Below the pieces are notes generated by a model. That model searched no databases. It was given only the letters and a program-made list of their open reading frames with translations, and was not told the origin of the DNA. Source: Macrostomum hystrix (lineage: Eukaryota; Animalia; Platyhelminthes). Taken from it: DNA of 64,000 nt. The DNA lies in NCBI GenBank assembly GCA_950097015.1, contig CATNEN010000029.1, positions 930,001 through 994,000 of the forward strand, in the 5' to 3' direction. Position numbers and translations under genes: made by a program. Below, one piece after another: positions 12,132-30,769 of the stretch (positions are counted from its first letter, which is position 1; each line of letters opens with the position of its first letter).

Positions 12132-12825
12132 GAATGTTCATTATTGTGAATGTAATATGCTTTCAAATGCAACAGATCATGTACTAGTATTGCTCGTAGA
12201 TAAGTTATTATTCTTCATCATGGATATATTTCAAGTCTACTCGGTGTTATCTGCAGTTACATGTGGTCTTCAGCTCACATTAATGAAGACCCACTCGTGG
12301 CTTTTGGCACCGTTTTTTATACAGAGCAAAAACTCGTCTAGTGCTTTACCAGGAAAGTGTCGTGTCTTTGTTTTAAAAAAGGCTTCTTAGTCGCGTGACA
12401 CGATTGAACTTTTGCTTTAAGAGTACATTTTAGTAGTTTTGTTTTCTTTCGGGGTTTGATTCACAAATGATAAAAAGTCGCGATAGAAGCGGGTGAATTT
12501 CTTGTGACTTCAGACATTTTTCGGCTAATTCATGTCAGCCAATCATAGACTGAGAGAAGGAACCAAAGTCAGCAGAACTGTTTCGTTTAGCCAGCCAATC
12601 ACAGCACTTTCTACAATCAGTTTGATAAGTTTTGTTTATAACGAGTTCGCAGTTGTTAAAATAATGCCTAGCGACTCTACACTAAGCAAGTTTTGTTTTG
12701 CATTGCTTTGTCCCTAAATTCCTTCTCTGATTTTCTGTCGGTCGCATATCGTTGCAACTCTAAAAATTTCTTTTTTGATCGCGAAATAGAGAGACAATTT
12801 TCCTGACTTCGGCAACTCTTTGAAC

Positions 12826-13082
<257 letters not shown>

Positions 13083-13658
13083 TTTTTTATTATGCCTGAA
13101 TGTATATCATTTCATATTCAGTGAAAATCGAAAGATCTTAAGCATTTCAAAACTCGCAAGTTTATTTGTCATTTACGGTCATAGTTTTTCCGTCCAAGCG
13201 CAGTTGCAGGCAGTTACAGGTAGATATGAGCAGCATTTGAGGCATTACAAAAACTAAATTAATAATTGACAAAGAAAAGAAACGAAATTAGCGAAATAAT
13301 CATTGGTGGTTGACTGGGCGGCTTACCATACCTGTTCATCATTCACTACCGATTAAATAGAGATTTGGTGTAACTAGATCACCTAATGTTCTGGTTATCC
13401 GTTATAGTTTAAAGGTAGACAAATTCCTTTTGGTTTCAATTTCTATCTATAAACTGGGAATAGAAATACCAATTTATTGGTTTAGATTAGCCGCCAGAGA
13501 GTTAAACAGATCCAGAATAAAATCCGTAGCTTGAATCGATTCGCCGACTGCACACCGACTCTTCGAAACATCATCGTCTGGGAAATGTTGACCAAAATTC
13601 TGCAATTAATGTGCATTTTGATTTATTTAATAGCATGTACTGGTGGGTTCTGAAGTAA

Positions 13659-14025
13659 CTAATAATAATAATAATAATAATAATTGCAGGACGGCTGCGG
13701 GCAATGGCACATCATTTGGTGACACTAGACCTGCAGACAGCGAGGAGACAATTCTGCCCATTCCGCTGACTCCTGAGCACACACGCACACAGATACCGTA
13801 CACGCTCACACTGCTGGTGTGTACATCTGCCCCGACTTTCTCATCGTCAGGCAGTGTACACTCTCATTGTGCCTTGGAGGTTGGCCCTCAAGGGCGTAAA
13901 TTGCACGACAAGCCCCCAAGCCTTCTCTCCGCGGCTTCGCCCCAAATGAATGTGGCTTCACCGGAATCGAACTCTTGGACCTTGTTACGAGAGGCAAACG
14001 CGTTACTAGCTCTGCCACTCACCCC
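13659..14025 (-). mobile_element. tRNA-derived SINE, family B
   Basis: The minus strand has a head GTGGCAGAGCTAGTAACGCG...GAGTTCGATTCC, a body shared with four other copies, and an (ATT)n tail. Confidence 0.85.
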
Positions 14026-14333
14026 CCGGGTACTGAAGTTGGTCGGTGTGTGTGTTCTGTGGGTGACTACCCGGGTACTGAATTTGTTCTGAAGGGAGTT
14101 TAGGAACTAAGACAAAAGTTCATTAGACTGCAGCAATGCAGTAAATTTTTCACAATACACTGTTGTTTATAGTTAAAAGTGCATATATACGTACGAGTTA
14201 GGCAGAAAAAATAATATATTGTTTTTATGGGTTATGTTTACTAAGCCAGTGCTGTCAAACGAACTCACGGTCCACTGCAACCAGCAAATTCAGAAGACAG
14301 TTCCTCTCGCCACCGCTTCTGCGGCTGTTGTTA

Positions 14334-14368
<35 letters not shown>

Positions 14369-14762
14369 ACTGCTCAAATAGCGTGAGTACTAGATCAGGT
14401 TATGAGAACAAAAATGGCTATTTATAGAACCAAATCGGGTTATTGGCAAGCGAGCGCCGAGTCCAGGAGCCAGCTGGACTTGATCAGCTGACTAGAAGCT
14501 AGTTACAAACAAAAACAAACAAATCGATTATTGGCTAGTAGCCTGCTATCACTACTGTTGCTGCTGCGGCTGTTGACCTTTTTTCGCCTTCGGGTTGTAC
14601 AGTCCAGTTTTGGCTCCAGGATGAACTGTTTGTGGAAATTGGTGGGATGAGTATAAATATATTTGCAGCTACAACTAGCGATGCGCAGATGCAAGAGTGA
14701 CCCGTCAGACTCTCGTACTGTGTATTTATTTATTTCTTATATAACCAGGTTTATGTAAGCAT

Positions 14763-15130
14763 GCGTAGGGGGTCGGTGGCAGAGCGGTTAACGTGTTTGC
14801 CTCTCGTACCAAGGACCCTAAGTTCGATTCCACGGCGAGACCACATTTATTTGGAGAGAAGGCTTGGGTTGGGGGCTTGTCGTGCAATTTACGCTCTTGA
14901 GGGCCAACCTCCAAGGCACAGTGAATTGTACACTGCCTGACGATGAGAAAGTCAGGGCAGATGTACACACCTGTGTGAGCGTGTGCCTGCGTACAGTATC
15001 TGTGTGTGTGTGTGCTCAGGAGTCAGCGAAATGGGCAGAATTGCCTCCTCGGTGGCTGTGGGTCTAGTGTCCCCAAATGATGTGCCATTGCCCGCAGTCC
15101 TGCTGCAATTAATATTATTATATTTATTAC
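14763..15130 (+). mobile_element. tRNA-derived SINE, family B, full length with TSD
   Basis: A box GGTGGCAGAGCGG, B box GTTCGATTCC and an ATT tail. The 8-bp direct repeat GTAAGCAT flanks it at 14755-14762 and 15131-15138. Confidence 0.88.
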
Positions 15131-15172
15131 GTAAGCATAGATTAGATTATTTCTTTTGCTTATTTTTCTTAC

Positions 15173-20424
<5,252 letters not shown>

Positions 20425-21414
20425 CTAGTTTAAATAAAAGATAAAGATCGACTGGTCTTTGGCTGCTGGTCAATTACGATTAGACTATAGCTCAGTGCCA
20501 GCCATCGTTCTTGATCTATTTTTCTCTTCTGTATTTTTCGCCTGACCCTGGTTGCCAATGGTTACTTAGTCTGGCACAGAATCGGGAGGAAAGAGTGATT
20601 TAAATAATCAAACCCTCCCTGGATTGGCGGATCCAATACCGCCTGTTTAATCTGGGGGTATGACCGCACAATCGTTCACCTGCCCATCCCCTAGAGGGTC
20701 CTGAGCAGGCTCGCTAAGCAGGCCGGGAGGGGTTGTTGGTCTGAGACGAGATTTACTCGCGACGCACGTTCAGATTTCTCAATTCAGATTTCTCAATCAG
20801 TGAGCAAACTCCTGGGGGGCTACAAGAAGGGGAGGGGTTGGTGCTGGATAGCAAACAGGATAGGATGGGAATTCAACGGACCTCTTAATTATGCAGGCCC
20901 CGCAGTAACGGAGTGACAAGCGTCACACTGAAGTAGAGGACTATTGAAATGCTTCGGCGGCAGCCGGCGGGACGGGGCAGATGGTCTCTCAGCGGCCGGG
21001 GCTACAATTTTTTACGGTAGATTAATTGAATAGGGACGAGAGAGAGACTGCTGGGCCTGAGGAACTCAACGTCGTTAATCCTTTGCGGACCTACGGTAGA
21101 AAAGCAAGGGAATAGGGGACTTGGCGCTTGGTTGGGAATGGACAGAGTATGTGCTGCTTGATTAAGCTCCCAATTTGGAGAAGTAAAAAAAATGAGATAA
21201 TATACAATTTTTCAATTGCGGGCGTCATTGCAAAATCCTCGGGCGCCTTAAAGCATTGGGATCAATTTTATTTTACCATAGACGTTTTTGCCCAAGCTAT
21301 ACTTTCAGAGTCAGAGACGGGGGTGTGGGGCAGAGCCCCCACTTCGGGGTGCCATAGACATTTTAGCCTCAGTAAGCCATTCCTATTGGTCGATGCCTTT
21401 TTGCGGGCGGTTAA

Positions 21415-21597
21415 TGGCTATTCAATGGGTACCAGCATCAGCTGGGATAATTGAAGGTGGGTGTGGCGTCCCCCCAGTCCGTGGACTGAACAGCTGTACG
21501 CAGCCTTCAGATGCGCCGCGCATTAGCTGCGGCTGTGCTGTCGGCTGCACATCTGACCCAATTGAGGCAGGTGTAATCAATTATTATTATTATTATA
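21415..21597 (+). mobile_element. SINE family A, 3' half
   Basis: Nearly identical to the 3' half of 54249-54561, with an (ATT)n tail. Confidence 0.85.
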
Positions 21598-21744
21598 AAG
21601 AGGAAACTGGCTATGTAATTGAATTGCACCGTTTAGGAATCGGCATCAGAAAATAAATACAGAATGTTTAATTTCAACAGAGTTAATGCCATCTCTCTAG
21701 GCAGAGAAAAAGTCTAGAGTATCAAAATGGCAAAAAGCAATCAT

Positions 21745-22085
21745 TGCAGGAGGGCTGCGGGCAATGGCACATCATTGGGTGACAGTAGACCCGCAGCCAG
21801 CGAGGAGGCAATTCTGCCCATTCCGCTGACTCCTGAGCACACACGCACACAGATACTGTACACAGACACACGCTCACACTGCAGGTGTGTACATCTGCCC
21901 TGACTTTCTCATCGTCAGGCAGTGTACACTCTCACTGTGCCTTTGTGGTTGGCCCTCAAGGGCTTAAATTGCACGACAAGCCCACAAACCTTCTCTCTTC
22001 GCGGTTGGACCCCAAATGAATGTGGCCTCGCCGCGGAATCGACCTTTAGCGAGAGGCAAACGCGGTAATCACCCTGCCACTCTAC
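21745..22085 (-). mobile_element. SINE family B
   Basis: Same body and tRNA-like head as the other family B copies. Confidence 0.82.
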
Positions 22086-24047
22086 CCTCTCGACGCTATA
22101 GCGTTGATCGTTCGATAAATACACGTACGTGATAATATTACTGACAGTACATTAGTTTTTTTCTAGACATGAGGAGTGTTTATTTAGACTTACCTCGATC
22201 TACTCAAATTTAGAAGTTTGTCGATGACACCAAAGTTATATGTCCGACTTATTTTTCTATCGAATATTTCAATACGTGTTTGCTGAAAAATGAAACAAAT
22301 TTCAGAATAAGTTTAGTTAAATGGCCAGGAAGCAGTGGTGTATTATACACCTTCAATAGCGCTTTGGCAGATACAGCTTAATTATACCACCCCATACATT
22401 TGGTTCTGTTTTCCAGGGCAACCAACCCAGACACGTACATTCTCTATTTTAACAATTGAGCACTTGTAGCCCGAACAGTGTACATATAGTTTGAGCCTAT
22501 TGAGACTTTTCGGGTGAACTCAAAACTCGGGATACATGCTGGCCTGCTTTTCCTGCTGCTACTGTCCACTCTGCGAAAGCGGTTGAGAAAAATAATAGAA
22601 GAGACTCGCGCAACACTCGGACCACTTCATCTTTAAATAATCTGCACACCGAAAGAGAATATGCAATGGTCCAGTGCGCTGCTGCATCTATATATATAAG
22701 CTACCTTTAGCCAATGCTGTGACATAAGTCCCCGCAGCCCATTATGGATTGTAATTTCGTCTAAAAAATGTAATTCTGGCACACAAACAACTGAAGAAAA
22801 GCTGCAAGTCCTTAGCTTATTTGCATGAAGAGTGTTGCTGCAGTGGCCAGTTGAGTTTATTATTCATTAAAAATAATAAAGCTGCTTCATTTAAAAGCAG
22901 CTGCGCGGTGCGCAGGCATTTTCAATTGAATCGGAGAGGCAAATACTGTGTGGGCGCTCTTTGGATTCCAACGGCTGCATATGCGTCATGCAGATATTTA
23001 ATCCGTACGTAAGGAAGATCAATAAGAGTTACATTATAGATACTTCTTTTTGAAATGAATCTTCAAGAAAACTAGAAAACTGTGACACCGATCAGTTCCT
23101 AAGAACTGTATCGCTAAAAAAATCTATTTGATCTAAGAAAGAATATTTACATTGAAGTATTATATTTCAACAATAAAGGAATCCTTAATGGAATTCATGC
23201 AAAGCAAAAATGTATCCGTGTACAAAATTGCACAGCGACAGCGTCCCTGTCAACGTGCCGGATTGAACTTTAATTTTTATTGACAGTTGCCAATCAACAG
23301 TTATTGACAGGAGTCTACTCCTAGTGGTCCTTGTGTTGCTAGTGCAGAAGTAACAATACTTTGTAGATTCAGACTATAGCCAAATATAGTAGCGCTTGAC
23401 AGTTAATGCAATAAAAAATACGTATTTATGCGAATAATGATTACGAAAATTATTATAGATGCAGCAATAACTCTGCAAAAATGTAAAAATTCAAAGTGCG
23501 CTATGTGATCATTTGAAAATATTAAATTAAGAAGTTAATACTTTTATGTTCTTTGAAAGCCTATGTTTTACTGTTCTGATGCAATGTGCAGATCGGAGAA
23601 GCACGTATTTGAAGAACATCAAAGTACCGCTTTTCATAGAAATATTCACTTTTTGCATAAGGCTCTTTTGCTATAAAGCCATAAAGCTATTTTACATTAG
23701 GTTATAAGGTTATAAGTTTAAGTCATAAGGTTATTTGACTTTATGGTACCTGTGTTGAAAAAGATAATATGTATCGTATAGTTTGTAATATAAAACTTTA
23801 CAACTTACTGTAAACAGACAAGTACGGCCGCAATCGCTTTTATTTTTTTCTATGATTTTATCCAGTTTTCATATATTTCACAAGGTAGCTTACTATATAT
23901 TTTGTCAATGCTTAAACTTTAAAACTTGATACGAACACGAAAACCCGTTTTTTATTCTAGCTGCCAGTTTTTCTTTAGAACAAAAACTGCATGTACTAAG
24001 GTATAACTTTATAAAGCAATACAAATAATTAAAAGTTCAACAACCCA

Positions 24048-27000
24048 ATGGAGACCAAGATACAAAAAGAAAATGCTTCTTGCGAAACAAATCTATTAGA
24101 TAATCTACTTTCCCTGAAAGGGAGGGCAACACTTCTTCTTTGTGGAGGTAAGAACATTTGAATGAAATATATATTTGTAATGTGTATTTATAGAGTTAAA
24201 GCTCTTGCTTTTTGCCACATTTGAGCAAATGCCACGATTTCCTTCCAATTAGAAAAATAAGACCAATGTATTATAATTAAAACTATAATATAAATGTACA
24301 ATGATTTTCTATTTCAGAAAACATAGAAGTGTAATATTACTCTTTCTTGAATGTAGTTAAAAATATAATCTGTAACCCTGTTGTTTAACCTACTAGTGCT
24401 ATTAAAGAGCCTAACGAAATGAAAAAATTCAATATGATTTTTGGTAAAGGCAATATTTTATTACTTTTAAAACTTTGTTTATTCGTTTTTTTACATTGTT
24501 CTAAAATTGTATCATCCTTTTTGGGTTGGTATTTGGTACTTGATACTTGGTATTGCTTGATACAACCTAGACTAATAGTCAATTGATAAGTACCACACCA
24601 TTGTAGGCTCAAAATTTAGGTCACTTTATAAAAGTCACTAGATTACTGTTAATTAGCAAAAAATAATTATATCAGTAACAAACTCTGTGAGGCACGACTT
24701 TGTTGATTGGTTTGTGTCATAGTTATATTGTAGAAATAAAGTCTTATTTTATACTACTCAAGTACTTTAAAAAGACATGGATTACATTGTACCTGTAGTT
24801 CCCAAAACATAGCAATAAAGTTCTAGACATATAAATATATATATTATACTTCGACTTTTCATATGAGTGTTGTATACATTGACATGTCTTTTTATATATA
24901 TATAACTAAAGCCAGCTTAAACTAAAAATTAAACTGCCAAACTCTAAATGTTAATAATTTTAGGTCTCGCTGGCTGCCTTGCAAAAACAACAGTTGCCCC
25001 ATTGGACAGGGTGAAGATTCTATTGCAGACACACAATAAAGCTCACGAGTCACATGGTAAGTTCTTAGATAGCTATCTTACTATCATGTTTCAGTTAGCT
25101 AGATTGTTAGTAGACTAACTACACTGAAAATGTTTCATATTTTTACTTCTTAGTTTTTGTAGTGTCCTAAAATAGTTTCTTTATACATTCTCAGGAATAT
25201 TTTCCACGCTGCGCCATGTCTGGTCAGTTGAGGGCCTTTCTGGCCTCTATCGCAGCAATGGAGCTCAGATGATTAGAATATTTCCATACTCAGCAATACA
25301 ATTCTTTTCATTCGATGTCTACAATACTGTAAGTTGAAAACTCGTGCATTGTTATGAATTGCAATGATAGTCTAATAATATAAATACTAGTGAAAAAGAC
25401 TTTTTCGGTATGCTTACTGCTTACTTATTATTTTAATTTTCTTTTCAGAATCTGTCTGCCTCGCTTGGTGGCGGAGACTTGACAAGATTAATCAGTGGGT
25501 CTATGGCCGGTAAGTTGACAGCGAACTTTGGTAGGCCTAGTAATCTAGGTTTTACTACCTCCAGTCTTTTAGTTTTTTTAAAATTCTCAAATCAGTTAGC
25601 CTTCTCTGCCAGATCCTCAAATCAGTTCTCTCCCAGATCCTCAAATCCGTTAGCCTTCACTCCCAGATCCTCAAATCCGTTAGCCTTCACTCCCAGATCC
25701 TCAAATCCGTTAGCCTTAACTCCCAGATCCTCAAATCCGTTAGCCCTCTCTCCCATATCCTCAAATCCGTTAGCCTTCACTCCCAGATCCTCAAATCAGT
25801 TAGACTTCTCTCCCATATCCTCAAATCCGTTAGCCTTCTCTCCCAGATCCTCAAATCCGTTAGCCTTCACTCCCAGATCCTCAAATCAGTTAGACTTCTC
25901 TCCCATATCCTCAAATCCGTTAGCCTTCTCTCCCAGATCCTCAAATCCGTTAGCCTTCACTCCAAGATCCTTAAATCCGTTAGCCTTCTCTCCCAGATCC
26001 TCAAATCCGTTAGCCTTCACTCCCAGATCCTCAAATCCGTTAGCCTTCACTCCCAGATCCTTAAATCCGTTAGCCTTCTCTCCCAGATCCTCAAATCCGT
26101 TAGCCTTCACTCCCAGATCCTTAAATCCGTTAGCCTTCACTCCCAGATCCTTAAATCCGTTAACCCTCTCTCCCAGATCCTGAAATCAGTTAGCCCTCTC
26201 TCCCAGATCCTCAAATCCGTTAGCCTTCACTCACAGATCCTCAAATCCGTTAGCCTTCACTCCCAGATCCTCAAATCCGTTAGCCTTCACTCCTAGATCT
26301 TCAAATCTGTTAGCTTTTACTCCCAGATCCTCAAATCGGTTAGCCCTCTTTCCCAGATCCTGAAATCTGTTAGCCTTCTCTCTCAGATCCTCAAATCCGT
26401 TAGCCTTCTCTCCTAGATCCGCAAATCAGTTGAGTTGTTTCTTCGAAGATAGATGTGTTATTAATTTGCAGTCTTTTCATCGCGGTGCGAGCAATTGCTC
26501 ACATACCTTTGCCTTTCATCGAAGGAATGACAGCCGTCACTCTCACATATCCGCTGGATGTTGTACGGACCCGCCTCGCTTACCAATCGGCCTCTTCACC
26601 GGCAGCCGTCGCCAATTATTCTGGCATCGCCGACTGCCTGCGCCACCTCCGGACCCAGCGAGCTCTGTACGCCGGCCTGGGCCCAAGTTTGGCCGGCATG
26701 GCGCCCTACGCCGGCGTCAGCTTCAGCGCCTATCATTGGCTTCAACGCCAGGCTGTCGAACGCTGGCCCGGCCTGTTCGCCAGCGTCGGCTCGGAGGACG
26801 AGCCGTCCCGGCTGCGCGCCTGGGCTCGGCCGCTGATTGGCGGCCTGGCCGGTGCCGCAGCTCAGACTGTGAGCTACCCACTAGACTGCGCTCGGCGCTC
26901 TATGCAGGTGGGTCTGTGTTCATCTTGATTAATTGGATCACAACCTCACCTGTCATCATCACAGCCTTACCTGTCATCATCACAGCCTCACCTGTCATCA

Positions 27001-27368
27001 TCACAGCCTTACCTGTCATCACCACAGCCTCACCTGTCATCATCACAGCCTCACCTGTCATCATCACAGCCTCACCTGTCATCATCACAGCCTCACCTGT
27101 CATCATCACGGCCTCACCTGTCATCATCACAGCCTCACATTATCTCCAATTTCTTCCACAGGTGGCAGGCGCACCCGGTAATCTAAACCTGGCCGCGGGA
27201 TCGTCGGCGCCTGCAGGAGCCGCGGCCACCCTGTCACAATTGTACAGCCGCTACGGCGTGGTGTCCGGCCTCTATAGAGGTCTGTCGTTAAACTACCTGC
27301 GCGTGGTGCCCACCGCCGGAGTATCATTTGCCGCCTACGAAACTCTGCGCCAGGCGTTTGGAGTGTGA
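24048..27368 (+). CDS. SLC25A16: Mitochondrial carrier SLC25A16 (Graves disease carrier, putative CoA transporter), ~325 aa
   Basis: Predicted exons 24048-24147 (least certain), 24964-25056, 25195-25328, 25449-25509, 26525-26907 and 27162-27368, totalling 978 nt in frame. There are three PxD/ExxK/R carrier signatures (PLDRVK, PLDVVR, PLDCAR), plus AKTTVAPLDRVKILLQ, MIRIFPYSAIQF and GLYRGLSLNYLR, which match SLC25A16. Confidence 0.88.
25600..26425. repeat. 30-bp minisatellite (TCCCAGATCCTCAAATCCGTTAGCCTTCAC) in an SLC25A16 intron
   Basis: About 27 tandem units. Confidence 0.95.
26940..27140. repeat. 21-bp minisatellite (CCTGTCATCATCACAGCCTCA) in the last SLC25A16 intron
   Basis: About 9 tandem units. 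Confidence 0.92.
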
Positions 27369-28429
27369 CAAATGTGCCTCCTCTTTGTTTATTCGGTATT
27401 GATTGTCTTCGGGTACAAGCTTAGGTAATGACCAGTTTATTAACATACTGCATTTGGCCCCAACTTATCCCACAAACCTGTCACTCCAGAATCTCACTCT
27501 GTTATAGTAGCCAGTTTATCCAATTGGTTCTGAGTTCTAGTTGCACAGGAAAGTTGTAAAAAAAGTTGCTTTTCTCAGAGCAAATAATATGAGAATATTA
27601 ACCATTTTTTACTTTAACTTCTTGCTCCTGGTTTTTTAATAGATCTTATTAGCTTAGCTGATTAGATAAGTTTGTTTTTAATTTTCGTAGTTTTTTTCTG
27701 CAAATCTGATGTGTTTTTTTAAATACGCAATGCAAACTACTATTTAGTAGTGAATGTGGTTGCTTTTTAAATGAGAGATTTCGAGTTTTTTATCTATTTC
27801 AGTTTTAAAGCCTCTAAGTTTCTCCAGAGTCATTTAAAAGGTTATTTCTCTGCTTTTTAATTTCTGCTTCGCTAGAGAGAATACAGACATCGTTTAAAGG
27901 TAATTTTATTTTTCGAAATAATAATTTGGTCATAGACTAAAACCGTCACGGAAAGAGGAGGTAAATGCATCGTAGGTGTTGGTTCTGACAGCTTTCTGGT
28001 CAATAATCTGGTAACATAATCGGCTTATTTAATAGACATTTTGCGGTGTCTCAAACAATACGGGAAATCAGAAGTTACAAAATAGTATCGACTTTTTCGT
28101 CCCAATTACGAATTTTGTCACCTGGACTGTCAGTATTTCTTCGAAGCAAATGCTTCTTTCGAGTCTGCTCCATTTTTCTCTCGTCTTTTTCTACATAGAT
28201 TTTTTGCACTAGGTTTTAGTGACAAAAATATTATAACTGCCCAGTTTAATTATCTTATATTCATTCAAGTAGCTTTGCTTCTTTGACACTGGCTCGAATC
28301 TGGCACATGTGTTTCGTTAATTAGAAAAATGCAATTACAAAAAAATTAAATGATTTGTCATTCTACCTACTTATAGTAGAAGCTTACTCTGTAAAAATCG
28401 TAATTACTGCAGGTAATAATAAAAAATAA

Positions 28430-28770
28430 GAAAAAAAATAATTGCAGGAGGGCTGCGAGCAGTGGCACATCATTTAGTCACACTGGACCCGCAGCCAGCG
28501 AGGAGGCAATTCTGCCCATTTCGCTGACTCCTGAGCACACACGCACACAGATACTGTACGAAGCCACACGCTCACACAAGTGTGTACATCTGCTCTGACT
28601 TTCTCATCGTCAGGCAGTGTACAATTCACTGTGCCTTGAAGGTTGGCCCTCAATGGCGTAAATTGCACGACAAGCCCCCAAGCCTTCTCTCAGCGGTTGC
28701 GCCGTGGAATCGAACTTAGGGACCGTGGTGCGAGAGGCAAACGCGTTAACCGCTCTGCCACCGACCCCCT
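28430..28770 (-). mobile_element. SINE family B
   Basis: Same head (GGTGGCAGAGCGGTTAACGCG...GTTCGATTCC on the minus strand) and body. Confidence 0.85.
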
Positions 28771-29244
28771 ACTGCAGGTATGAGCCAGAGTCAAGTTGTC
28801 GAAGTATTTGCTGCTTTATTTCGCAAAGCTTCTACTTCTACTGCTATGTACTCGTAGTATTTTTAGTTCTTTGTTTTCATTTTAAGAAAGTTTTTATTCA
28901 GGCACTCGCGTTTTATTCATAGAGAATATAACGACATCTGCCCAAAACAGAGATTTGATTTATTTTAACTGTCAGAAAATGTTTGCGGACACATTAAAAG
29001 TTCATCTGGCCTTTTTATTTTATCGTGGAAGTTTGTTAATTTGACTAAAACGTTGCTGTTTACATATGATTTATATTTGCGTGCTGACAAGTCTAGTTTA
29101 TTAATTTCCTAGGTTTTAGCAGTTAGGACGGTCACGCACGTGTTTTATATGTATGAAACACTTACAAAATAGCACACAGTAATTTTATGCTAACTATTCA
29201 TTCACTTAATTTAGACTTTGCTATCGCTTTCATAGTTGCAAGCC

Positions 29245-29655
29245 AACGTCCTACAGTAGGTTAATCTATAAGAGCTGATGATCCTGCAGTAGGTTGTAGA
29301 CATGATCCTACAGTAGATCAATCTTCAAGACATGGTCCTACAGTAGGTTAATCTATAAGAGATGGTCCTACAGTAGGTTAATCTATAAGAGATGGTCCTT
29401 CAGTAGGTTAATCTATAAGAGATGGTCCTACAGTAGGTTAATCAATAAGAGATGGTCCTTCAGTAGGTTAATCTATAAGAGATGGTCCTTCAGTAGGTTA
29501 ATCTATAAGAGATGGTCCTACAGTAGGTTAATCTATAAGAGATGGTCCTACAGTAGGTTAATCTATAAGAGATGGTCCTACAGTAGGTTAATCTATAAGA
29601 GATGGTCCTACAGTAGATAAATCTACAAGACATGGTCTTACAGTAGGTTAATCTC
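29245..29655. repeat. 30-bp minisatellite (CAGTAGGTTAATCTATAAGAGATGGTCCTA)
   Basis: About 13 tandem units. Confidence 0.93.
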
Positions 29656-30769
29656 GGAGCCGTTTGTTAAAAAATGTGTTTTTATTAAAAACTCCGGCGA
29701 TTGAATCAGAAGTCTGCAGACATTAATTACACACTGTCCCTACAAAGAAGTTATGTTTCTCAAAGTGATAATAGCCAACTGATGTCTAATTTCCGTCTAA
29801 TTATGTGATCAAAGACGTCATTCTGACTGCTAGTTTACTCGCAAGGCAATTTGTTTTTGGACAGCCTGCTCTATACTAAAAGTGCAAAACTAGACAACTA
29901 GAAAAGGATTAGGAAGGGAAGGGTTCGGGTTGCTATGCCGATCGCACCTGACGCCAAGGCGGAGAGCGAAACATTGCAAATATTGTGCCCACTGCTCAAA
30001 TGTGACTCTTTTTAAAGTGTTGAATTATAGGGAAACACATGCTCCGTGCAGCCTGTGCTTTTTGGGTGGCCGCCCAGAGTTGGGTCACGAGCTTTTGCCA
30101 CCCGCAGTCTGTCTCGACTCTCTCTTTCGTCTCCGGCTTCATCTCCCAGCCTCCGCATTTGAGTCGGTTATGAGCAAGTTCTTCCTCTCCCCTCATTTTC
30201 TCCTTGTAAGAAAATGATCGATTTATGTAAAGGCTCTTTCCCTCAAACTCCCGGGCTGCGGGGCGAGCAGCAGCAGCAGCCGTGCCTGAGGGTTGGGATT
30301 CAATTTCCGGGGAGGTCGCACAGCGCGGCAGCTGAGGACAAGGCTCGCCCAGGCCTCACCTCGCGACCAATCCGGCAATTTTCACAAAAAAACCCAAGAT
30401 GCTCAGAGTTTAGGTAGATACAGGAGCCCGCATCAAGTGAGAACTATGCTCACTATGACTATATAGACATATTGGCATAAACATACTTTAGTAAATATTA
30501 ACCTGTGGATTGCGCACAGCGAGTTCTTGCTCAGTTTTAAGGATATCGTCGGCCCCAGTTACTCGGATCAGATTTCCAATTTCAAGCAGCACAGAATTTT
30601 GAATCGCTGGTCAGCTGGCAGTAAGCTGAGGAATAGCAGGCAGTGATGAGGGATAGCCGTGTTCTGTTTCTCAGCCTCAATGCTCGATGGAAACCCCTGC
30701 GGAGACACGAATATTGTGCGAGAGTACTTTTACGTGAACTTTTTTGATTAGTTGTCACGTCTGCGCCAC

